DNA of 56,544 nucleotides, taken from NCBI GenBank assembly GCA_016794805.1, contig JAEUJI010000039.1, positions 1 through 56,544 of the forward strand, read 5' to 3'. The DNA is from Gemmatimonadota bacterium (lineage in GTDB: Bacteria; Gemmatimonadota; Gemmatimonadetes; Gemmatimonadales; GWC2-71-9). The notes beneath the pieces were generated by a model. That model worked only from the letters and a program-made list of their open reading frames with translations. It was not told the origin of the DNA and made no database searches. Position 1 is the stretch's first letter; the number at the start of each line of letters is the position of its first letter. This document shows positions 35,826 through 43,825 of this stretch, piece by piece. The translations under genes were made by a program, and so were the position numbers.

Positions 35826-37193
35826 CTAGAGTCCGTACCGCTCGAGGCGCCGGTACATCGCGGAGCGGCTCAGCCCCAGGGCCCGCGCCGCCTCGGTGAC
35901 GTTGCCCCCCGCGCGGGCCAGGGCCTTCTGGATCAGGACCTTCTCCACTTCTTCGAGGGTGAGCTGGTCCAGCCGGCCCGCGGCGTCGGTGGGCGGCGCC
36001 AGCGCGAGGTCGCTGGCGCGGATTTCGGTGCCATCCACCAGGAGCACCGCGCGCTCGATGGTGTGATCCAGCTCCCGCACGTTGCCCGGCCAGGGCGCCT
36101 TGAGCAGCAGTTCCATCGCCTCGGGGCGGAACCCGGTGAGCGGCTTCCGGTAGCGGGCGCCATGCCGGTGCAGGAACTGCGCGGCCAGGCGTGGGATGTC
36201 CTCCCGCCGGTCGCGCAGCGGCGGGATCAGGATCTCAACGGTGTTCAGGCGGTACAGCAGGTCCTCACGGAACCGGCCGGCCTGCACCTCGGAACGCGGA
36301 TCGGCGTTGGTCGCCGACAGTACCCGCACGTCCACCTTCCGCGTCTTGGACGAGCCTACCCGCTCGAGTTCCCCGGTGTTGAGCACCCGGAGCAGGCGGG
36401 CCTGCTGCGACGGCGTGATGTTCGCGATTTCATCGAGGAAGAGTGTCCCCCGGTCCGCCAGTTCGAACCGCCCGATCCGGTCGGTCTTGGCGTCGGTGAA
36501 CGCGCCCTTCAGGTGCCCGAACAGCTCGCTCTCGAACACCCCTTCCGACAACCCGCCGACGTTGACCGTGATCATCGGACGGGGGGCACGGGCGCTCGCG
36601 GCGTGGAGCCAGCGGGCGGCCACTTCCTTGCCCACGCCGTGCTCCCCCAGGATCAGGGCGTTCGCATCCGAAGGTCCGACCCGTTCCATCAGCCGCGCCA
36701 CCTGCCGCATCGCGGGCGATTCCGCGACCAGGTCCGGCAATCCCTCCCGCCGGAGGCTCAGGTTCTCGCTCTCCAGCCGCTGGCTCTGCCGCAGGGCCCG
36801 GCCCAGCTCCACCTGGACCCGGAGCAGCGCCACCAGCCGGGTGTTGTCCCACGGCTTCTCCAGGTAATCCCGCGCGCCGCGGCGCATCGCCTCCACGGCG
36901 CCCTCGACGCTGCCATAGGCCGTCATGACGACCACCGGCAGGGACGCGTCGAGCAGCTGGATCCGGGTGAGCAGGTCGAACCCTTCCATCCCGGACGTGG
37001 TGTCCCGGGTGTAGTTGAGATCCATGAGCAGGACGTCGTAGTCGCTCCGCTCCAAGGCGGCGAGAACCCCGCCCGGGCTGCCGGTGGTCTCCACCGCGAA
37101 ACCCTCACCCTTGAGCAACAGGCGCAGCGCCTGCAGCACATCGGGCTGGTCGTCGGCGATCAGGATGACGGGGACCCCGGCGGGGATGGGCAT
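35826..37193 (-). CDS. NtrC-family response regulator (REC + AAA+ + Fis HTH) with variant GAFTDA loop
   Basis: REC domain (ILIADDQ.., DVLLMDLNY), Walker A GEHGVGKE, a sigma-54-interaction-type AAA+ body (GRFELADRGTLFLDEI) and HTH TEAARALGLSRSAMYRRL. The loop reads GAFTDA rather than GAFTGA. Confidence 0.9.
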   Translation of the reverse strand: MPIPAGVPVILIADDQPDVLQALRLLLKGEGFAVETTGSPGGVLAALERSDYDVLLMDLNYTRDTTSGMEGFDLLTRIQLLDASLPVVVMTAYGSVEGAVEAMRRGARDYLEKPWDNTRLVALLRVQVELGRALRQSQRLESENLSLRREGLPDLVAESPAMRQVARLMERVGPSDANALILGEHGVGKEVAARWLHAASARAPRPMITVNVGGLSEGVFESELFGHLKGAFTDAKTDRIGRFELADRGTLFLDEIANITPSQQARLLRVLNTGELERVGSSKTRKVDVRVLSATNADPRSEVQAGRFREDLLYRLNTVEILIPPLRDRREDIPRLAAQFLHRHGARYRKPLTGFRPEAMELLLKAPWPGNVRELDHTIERAVLLVDGTEIRASDLALAPPTDAAGRLDQLTLEEVEKVLIQKALARAGGNVTEAARALGLSRSAMYRRLERYGL

Positions 37194-37197
37194 GATC

Positions 37198-38118
37198 TCA
37201 GGTCGGCTCCAGCAGCCAGCGCACCAGGTTGAGGACCAGCGTCGCGTTCCCCGTGGCCCCCGGGGCGTTCATGCCGACCGGTGCCCGGGTGGGACCGGCG
37301 AGCTGGGCCGTGAACATCGCCGCCTCGCCGAAGACAGCGATCCGCCCTTGGCCGTAGCGCCGCACCGCCCCCTGAGCCAGGCCACCCGCCGGCGCTTGCC
37401 GGGTCCGCGCACTGAACTGCCAGGCGGTATCGGGGAAGAGGCTGACGGTCCCCTCAGGGAGGAGGAGCAGGGGGGTCGCCTCGGGGGGGACCCGCACGGC
37501 CTGGCCCGTGAAGCTCCGGACCTGCTCGACCCGTTCCTCGCCCGATCGCCCGCGGGTGACGGGATGGTCCGCGAGGGTACCCGCCATCCGGCTGAAGGCC
37601 GCCAGATCCGCGCCGGAGGTGTCGAGGGCGAACCCGCCGAGCAGGTCGAATCCGAAGGCGCGGCCGAGGCCCGCCGCGGCCTCACCGAACGGCATGTGGT
37701 CGGCAATCAGCAGAAGGGCGCCGCCCCGCTCCACCCATGCCCGGACGGCGCGCACCTCGGCATCGGTGAACGCCGGCAGGATCGGGCGGATCCACCTGGT
37801 CGCATTCTCCGCCGCCACGGCGTTGGCGACGACCAGGAGCCCGAGAGAGGCGAGGCTTGCGGAGTCGAACGGAAGCCGCGACGGCACCACCCGGTAGCCG
37901 TCCCGTTCGAGCAGGGCGGCGAAGGGGCCGAAGCGACCGGCGATGGTATGGAAGTTCTGGTGGGCCTCGTCCACGGCCACGACCGGGCCCCGGCCGAACG
38001 GGTGGGTGGTGGCCGGAATGACGGGGCGGAAGGCCGTGTCCGCCACCTGCTGCGCCGCGCCGGGCATGGGCACGAGCAGCGCCACCAGCAGGAAGGCCTC
38101 AGGCCGCGGCGGCGCCAT
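37198..38118 (-). CDS. Secreted hypothetical protein (DUF4350/GldG-like alpha-beta fold, tentative)
   Basis: Internal ATG gives the signal peptide MAPPRPEAFLLVALLVPMPGAAQQ. The blocks VAVDEAHQNFH and ERGGALLLIADHMPFG resemble DUF4350-type proteins. It overlaps the upstream ATPase gene by 20 nt and ends 4 nt before the regulator gene. Confidence 0.6.
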   Translation of the reverse strand: MAPPRPEAFLLVALLVPMPGAAQQVADTAFRPVIPATTHPFGRGPVVAVDEAHQNFHTIAGRFGPFAALLERDGYRVVPSRLPFDSASLASLGLLVVANAVAAENATRWIRPILPAFTDAEVRAVRAWVERGGALLLIADHMPFGEAAAGLGRAFGFDLLGGFALDTSGADLAAFSRMAGTLADHPVTRGRSGEERVEQVRSFTGQAVRVPPEATPLLLLPEGTVSLFPDTAWQFSARTRQAPAGGLAQGAVRRYGQGRIAVFGEAAMFTAQLAGPTRAPVGMNAPGATGNATLVLNLVRWLLEPT

Positions 38119-38776
38119 CCACCAGCCAGCCGTCCTTGAGGCGGATGATGCGGTGGCCGTAGCGGGCATTCTCCTCCGAATGGGTGACCTGCACGATCGT
38201 CGTGCCCTGCTGGTTGAGCCGGCGGAAGAGCTCCATGATCTCCCGGCCCTGCTCCGAGTGCAAGTTGCCGGTGGGTTCATCGGCCAGGAGGAGCGCCGGA
38301 CTCGAGATTACCGCCCGCGCCACCGCCACCAGCTGCTGCTGCCCGCCGGAGAGCTGGCGGGGGTAGAGGTCCTTCTTGCCGACGATCTGGAACCGGTCAA
38401 GGGTATCGGCCACCAGTGCCGCGCGTTCCGCCGACTTCATGTCCCGGTACCCGAGCGGGACGTCGAGGTTCTCAGCCACGGTAAGGTCGTCGAGCAGGTG
38501 GTATTGCTGGAAGACGAACCCGATCCGGCTCCGCGACAGCGCGAACCGTTCCTTCTGCTTGAGCGTGTGGACCGGCTGGCCGTCGAGCCAGTACTCCCCG
38601 CGGAACTCGGCGTCGAGCATCCCCAGGATGGCGAGGAGCGTGGACTTCCCCGCTCCCGAGGGACCCATCACGGTCACGAACTCCCCCTTGGGGATGTCCA
38701 GCCCGATGCGCCGCAGCAGCCAGGTCGGGCTGGGGCGGGTATCCACCGACTTCTCGACATTCACCAGACGGATCAC
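38099..38776 (-). CDS. ABC transporter ATP-binding protein (MacB/LolD/FtsE-type)
   Basis: Walker A GPSGAGKSTLL, signature LSGGQQQ, Walker B LLLADEPTGNLD. 225 aa. Confidence 0.95.
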   Translation of the reverse strand: MIRLVNVEKSVDTRPSPTWLLRRIGLDIPKGEFVTVMGPSGAGKSTLLAILGMLDAEFRGEYWLDGQPVHTLKQKERFALSRSRIGFVFQQYHLLDDLTVAENLDVPLGYRDMKSAERAALVADTLDRFQIVGKKDLYPRQLSGGQQQLVAVARAVISSPALLLADEPTGNLHSEQGREIMELFRRLNQQGTTIVQVTHSEENARYGHRIIRLKDGWLVDGAAAA

Positions 38777-38809
38777 GGCACAAGCCTCGGTGGGGGAATG
38801 GTGCGCACG

Positions 38810-41275
38810 CTACTCGGCCCGGAGCGCGGTCATGGGGTGCACCCGCCCGGCGCGGAACGCCGGGATGGCGCTGGCGAGCAGGGTGACGGCCGCCAGGATC
38901 ACTGCCGTCCCGGTGAGCGCCACGGGGTCGAGGGGCGATACCTCGTACAGGAACCCGCGGATCAGCCGTCCGGCCACCAGCGCCAGCAGGAAGCCCATCC
39001 CGATCCCCGTTGCGGCCAGCCGCAGCCCGTCGCCCAGCACCAGCCGGAGCACGCCGCCCGAAGTTGCACCGAGCGCCAGCCGTATGCCCAGCTCGCGGGT
39101 GCGCTGCGCGACGGCATAGGTGACCACGCCGTAGAGACCCACCACCGAGAGCGCCAGCGCCAGGATGCCAAGCGTGCCCGCGAGGGTGGTGGCGATGCGG
39201 GAGAAGAGCAGCGCGCGGCCCGCCAGCAGCTCGTCCATGGTCCGGCTTTCGGCGATCGGCAGGTCAGGGTCCAGGTTCGCGAGGGTGACCCGGACCGCGG
39301 CGAGCGCGCCCCTGGGATCCGCATCCGTCCGCACCACAAGCGTAGCCGCCCCTGCATCATCCTGCGCCAGCGGCAGGTAGAGGTGCGAGCGCGGTCCCTC
39401 CGTAATCAGCCGGTACTTCGCGTCAGCGGCGACACCGATGACGGTCACGGCGGGGCCGGTGAGGTCGCCGAACCGCAGCACCTTGCCGACGGCGGGTTGT
39501 CCCGGCCAGAGCCGGGTGGCCAGCACCCGGCTGACGACGGCAACCGGCAGGCTGCCGACGGTGTCGCCGGGGCCGAAGTCGCGGCCCTCGAGGAGGGGCG
39601 TGCCGAGGGTGGAGAAGTAGTTGTCCCCGACGATCGTCCACCCGGCCGGTTCACCGGGCCGCTCCGGTGTCGGTGCCTCCCCTCCTTCGGCGACGATCGT
39701 GCCGCCGTTGGACGTGAAGTCCATGGGCAGGCCCTCGGCGGCCGTCGCGGAGGCCACCCCGGGCATCGCCGCGAGGCGGGCCACGGCCTCGCGGTAGAGC
39801 GCCCGGGTCCGGGCGGCGTCGTACCCGGTCAGCCCGGGGGCGATACTCACCAGCAGCACATTCCGCGGGTCGTAGCCAAGCGCGGCGTCCTGCATGGCCC
39901 GGAGGCTCCGGGTGACCAGTGCGGCGCCCGTCAGCAGCAGGCACGCCACCGCCAGCTGCGCGACCACCAGGCCGTCCCGCAGCCGTGAGCGGCTGACGCC
40001 GCGCCAGCCCACGGAGTCGTGGCGCAGCGCGCCGGCGATGCCCGGCGCGGTCGCCTGCAGCGCGGGGGCCAGGCCGAAGGCCAGCGTGGTGCCCAGCGTG
40101 ACGAGCGCAGTGAATCCGATGACGCGCTGGTCCAGCGCGAAGGCGAAGACGAAGGGGATGTCCGTCGGCAGGGTCAGGAGCCTGGAGAGCCCGGCCGTGA
40201 GCCACGAACCCATCAGGAGCCCGAGTGCCCCGCCACCGAGCGCGAGCAGCAGGCTCTCCACGAGGAGCTGTCGCACCAGCCGGCTGCGGCTGGCGCCGAG
40301 TGCCACCCGAACGGCGATCTCGCGGCGGCGTGCCAGGGCGCGCGCGAGCAGCAGGCTCGCCACGTTGGCGCAGGCGATCAGCAGCACCAGCCCCGCCACG
40401 GCCAGGAAGAGCCGGAGGGCCAGGGTGAAGCCGCCGGCAAGGTGCGGCTCCGGCCGTGCCGACCGCTCCAGCAGCAGGACCGCCTCACGTCCGGCGTAGT
40501 CGGCGGCATGGTCCGCCGCGAGGCGCCGGCCGACCAGGCCCACCACCGCCTGGGCGCCGCTGAGCGTGGCCCCGTCCGCCAGCCGGGCCACGAGACGGAC
40601 GCTCTCCTCCCCCTGCGCATCCAGGGCCCCGCGACCGGGGTGCAGCACCGCGTGGGCGCCGCTCGGCACCCAGAGCGTGGGGCTGAATCCCACGTAGTAC
40701 GGTGTCGCGAAGTCCGCCGCCGCGACTCCCACGACGGTGAACTCCCGGCGGTTGAGCCGCACCGTACGGCCCAGGATCGCGGCGTCCCCGTGGAACCGCG
40801 TCCGCCAGAGCGCATGACTCAGCACCACCGCAGGGGGCGCCCCGGCGCTGTCCTCCGCAGCCGCGAAACCACGGCCCAGGGCCATCGGGGCGCGGAGCAG
40901 CGCGAAGTAGTTGGCGCTCACCATCTCACCCCAGACCCGCACCGCCGGCGCACCCTCCTCGGCGAGGCCCACCGAGACCGGCGTGATCCCGGCCACTCCC
41001 GACAGCACCTCGGCGGTCCCGGCGCGGAAGTCGTCGAGTTCGCTCCAGGCGTAGTCCTCGTACTCGCCGCCATCCGCGGTCCGGCCGTAGATGACCGTCA
41101 GTCGGTCCGACCCGGGGTAGGGCAGCGCCCGCCAGAGCAGCATGTTCCCGATGCTGTACACCGCGCTGGTGACGCCGATGCCGAGCGCCAGCGTGAGTAC
41201 CGCCGCCAGCGCAACGCCGGGGATCCGGCTCCAGGCCCGAACGGCCAGGCGAAGGTCCTGCAGCAATCCGGACAT
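38810..41275 (-). CDS. ADOP-type duplicated FtsX/MacB-like permease (copy 3)
   Basis: Internal ATG gives MSGLLQDLRLAVRAWSRIPGVALAAVLTLALGIGVTSAVYS, the family-typical N-terminus. About 820 aa with two FtsX-like 4-TM modules, each followed by a large periplasmic loop. Confidence 0.85.
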   Translation of the reverse strand: MSGLLQDLRLAVRAWSRIPGVALAAVLTLALGIGVTSAVYSIGNMLLWRALPYPGSDRLTVIYGRTADGGEYEDYAWSELDDFRAGTAEVLSGVAGITPVSVGLAEEGAPAVRVWGEMVSANYFALLRAPMALGRGFAAAEDSAGAPPAVVLSHALWRTRFHGDAAILGRTVRLNRREFTVVGVAAADFATPYYVGFSPTLWVPSGAHAVLHPGRGALDAQGEESVRLVARLADGATLSGAQAVVGLVGRRLAADHAADYAGREAVLLLERSARPEPHLAGGFTLALRLFLAVAGLVLLIACANVASLLLARALARRREIAVRVALGASRSRLVRQLLVESLLLALGGGALGLLMGSWLTAGLSRLLTLPTDIPFVFAFALDQRVIGFTALVTLGTTLAFGLAPALQATAPGIAGALRHDSVGWRGVSRSRLRDGLVVAQLAVACLLLTGAALVTRSLRAMQDAALGYDPRNVLLVSIAPGLTGYDAARTRALYREAVARLAAMPGVASATAAEGLPMDFTSNGGTIVAEGGEAPTPERPGEPAGWTIVGDNYFSTLGTPLLEGRDFGPGDTVGSLPVAVVSRVLATRLWPGQPAVGKVLRFGDLTGPAVTVIGVAADAKYRLITEGPRSHLYLPLAQDDAGAATLVVRTDADPRGALAAVRVTLANLDPDLPIAESRTMDELLAGRALLFSRIATTLAGTLGILALALSVVGLYGVVTYAVAQRTRELGIRLALGATSGGVLRLVLGDGLRLAATGIGMGFLLALVAGRLIRGFLYEVSPLDPVALTGTAVILAAVTLLASAIPAFRAGRVHPMTALRAE

Positions 41276-41301
41276 CGGGGCTCCTTGCCGGCGGGTCTCG
41301 G

Positions 41302-43749
41302 TCAGTCGGACCGGAGCGCGGTGACCGGATCCACCCGCGCGGCGCGGCGCGCCGGAATGCTGCTCGCGAGCAGCGCCGCGACCAGCACCGTGCCGGTTCC
41401 GAGGGCCAGGGTCAGCGGGTCCCACGCCGGCACGTTGTACAGCAGGCTCGCCAGCGCCCGCCCCGCCGCCAGCGCCCCCGCGACCCCGAGCGCGGCGCCA
41501 AGCAGCGTGAGCTTCAGCCCGTCGCCCACCACCAGGCGCATCAGTCCGCGCGGCTCGGCGCCGAGCGCGAGGCGGATGCCGAGTTCTGGCGTGCGCCCGC
41601 GCACCGCGTAGGCCAGGACGCTGTAGAGGCCCAGCCCGGCGAGCAGCAGGGCGACCGCGCCGTACAACCCGAACAGGGTGGCCCCGACGCGGAACCCCTC
41701 ATAGTGCGGCTCCACGACGTCCTGCAGTGTCTGCACCGCCACGAAGGGGAGTTCCGGCACGGCAGTCTGCAAGAGGGGCCGGATCGCGGCGGCGACGGTT
41801 GCCGCCTCGCCGCGGGTCCGCAGGAAGAGCGTGAGGTGCCGGGTCTCGGCGCCGGAGGGCTGCAGCGGCAGGTAGTAGAGGGCCTGCTCCTCCTCCCGGG
41901 GACTGTAACGGACCCCGTTCTCCACGACGCCGATGATCTCGGCGCAGCCGGTAGCGCGCGCCACGAGCAGGCACTGCCCCAGCGGATCCCGGTCACCGAA
42001 GATCCGGCGGGCCATGACCTCCCCGATCATCGCCACCGCCGGCTCCTCCCGGCGGTCCTGGTCGGTGAACCCGCGGCCGCGAATCACCGCGAGGCCCATG
42101 GTCTGGAAGAAGTCGGCGGTGACCCGCTGGATGTACGGCCCGCCGCTCGAGAGCCGCGGCAGCGAGTCCATTCCCGCCACCCGAAGGCCGGTCGACATGC
42201 TCCACCCGAACGGTTCCCCGTAGGTCAGCGCGGCGGACTCGACTCCCGGGTGCGCCCGCGCCGCCTCCACCATCGCGTCGAAGGCGCGCCCCGTGGCGGG
42301 GCCGTCGAAGCCCGCCCCGGCGGGATCCACGTTCACCATGAGGACGCGGGCGGCGTCGTACCCGATATCGATGGCCAGCATGTTGCGCAGGCTGCGGACG
42401 AATAGCCCGGCCCCGATCACCAGCATCACGCTGAGCGCGACCTGGGCCACGACCAGCCCCGCCCGAAGGCGCGAGCGCCGGAAGCCGCTGCCCCGGCCCC
42501 CTTCCTTGAGCACCGGCGTGAGGTCGGCCCGGGTGACCTGCAGCGCGGGGATGAGACTCGAGATGAGCGCGGCCAGGAGCGTCGCCCCGAGCGCGATCGC
42601 GAAGACCCGGCCATCGGTGCTGAACCGTTCCGCCAGTGCCGCCGGCAGCACGTACCCCCGCAGCGCTCCTCCACCCCAGACGGCGATCAGCATGCCGAGG
42701 GCCCCGGCGAGCGCCGCGGTCATCACCCCTTCGAGGAAGAGCTGCCGCACCAGCCGCCCCTGCCCCGCGCCCAGCGCCTTGCGGATCGCCAGCTCGCGCG
42801 CCCGGGCCAGGCCCCGGGCCAGCAGCAGGTTGGCCACGTTCGCGCTGGCAATCAGCAGTACCACGACCGACATCGCCGCCAGCCACCGCGCGAGGGACGC
42901 CCGGTCTGCAAAGTCGGGCCCGGCCGCTTCCAGGACAGGCCCGAGCGAGACCGCGCGGAACCCCTGCGACTCAGTCGAGTCCGACCGTCCCGCACGGATC
43001 AGCGCCGTCGCCTCCGCCTCGGCCTGGGCGGGGGTGACACCGGGCGCGAGTCGCGCCATGATCGAGACGAAGTACCAGCCCCGATCGGTGCGGTATCCGT
43101 CCCCCGGCCCCAGCTGGCGTGCCACGGCCGTGAACGGCACCCAGAGATCCGGAGGGGTGTACTCGCCGCCGTCGAAGCCCGCCGGGGCCACCCCGACGAC
43201 GGTGAACACCTGGTCATCGAGGGGGAGGGTCCGGCCCACGATCGTGGAGTCGGCCCCGAACCGGGTGCGCCACAACCGCTCGCTCAGCACCGCCGCCGGC
43301 ACCCCCGCATTCGCCCCATCATCATCCGGGCCCAGCAGCCGCCCGAGGAGCGGCGTGGTGCCCATCATCGCGAAGTAGTCCCCCGTCGCGCCCGACAGCG
43401 AGACCTCCGTCGCCTCCGCGCCCCGGCCCAGGGACGCGCCGCCAGAGTACTGCGCCGCCACCCCGGTGAGCCCCCGGGCCCGCTGCAGGTCGGTGAAGTC
43501 GGGGTAGCTCACCACCGAGTTGCGGTAGTCGCCGAACTGGGGGCTGGTGAAGTGGAAATACGCACGGACCACGCGCTCCGGCGCGACCACGCCGGCCGGC
43601 TGCCGGAACAGCAGCGCGTCCAGCACGCTGGTCAGCGCGGTCACCGCCCCGATGCCGAGCGCCAGGGTGAGCGCGGCGGTGACGGTGAAGCCCCGGGAGC
43701 GGAGCACCGCGCGGGCGGCATGCGCCAGGTCCTGCCACAGGGCACGCAT
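41302..43749 (-). CDS. ADOP-type duplicated FtsX/MacB-like permease (copy 2)
   Basis: Internal ATG gives MRALWQDLAHAARAVLRSRGFTVTAALTLALGIGAVTAL. GAGGAG lies upstream. About 815 aa. Confidence 0.85.
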   Translation of the reverse strand: MRALWQDLAHAARAVLRSRGFTVTAALTLALGIGAVTALTSVLDALLFRQPAGVVAPERVVRAYFHFTSPQFGDYRNSVVSYPDFTDLQRARGLTGVAAQYSGGASLGRGAEATEVSLSGATGDYFAMMGTTPLLGRLLGPDDDGANAGVPAAVLSERLWRTRFGADSTIVGRTLPLDDQVFTVVGVAPAGFDGGEYTPPDLWVPFTAVARQLGPGDGYRTDRGWYFVSIMARLAPGVTPAQAEAEATALIRAGRSDSTESQGFRAVSLGPVLEAAGPDFADRASLARWLAAMSVVVLLIASANVANLLLARGLARARELAIRKALGAGQGRLVRQLFLEGVMTAALAGALGMLIAVWGGGALRGYVLPAALAERFSTDGRVFAIALGATLLAALISSLIPALQVTRADLTPVLKEGGRGSGFRRSRLRAGLVVAQVALSVMLVIGAGLFVRSLRNMLAIDIGYDAARVLMVNVDPAGAGFDGPATGRAFDAMVEAARAHPGVESAALTYGEPFGWSMSTGLRVAGMDSLPRLSSGGPYIQRVTADFFQTMGLAVIRGRGFTDQDRREEPAVAMIGEVMARRIFGDRDPLGQCLLVARATGCAEIIGVVENGVRYSPREEEQALYYLPLQPSGAETRHLTLFLRTRGEAATVAAAIRPLLQTAVPELPFVAVQTLQDVVEPHYEGFRVGATLFGLYGAVALLLAGLGLYSVLAYAVRGRTPELGIRLALGAEPRGLMRLVVGDGLKLTLLGAALGVAGALAAGRALASLLYNVPAWDPLTLALGTGTVLVAALLASSIPARRAARVDPVTALRSD

Positions 43750-43825
43750 CAGGTACTCCTCGAATCGTGGACGTGGGCATGCCGCGCCGGGCCGGCGGCG
43801 GCGCCGTGACGAGCCAGCCGCACGG

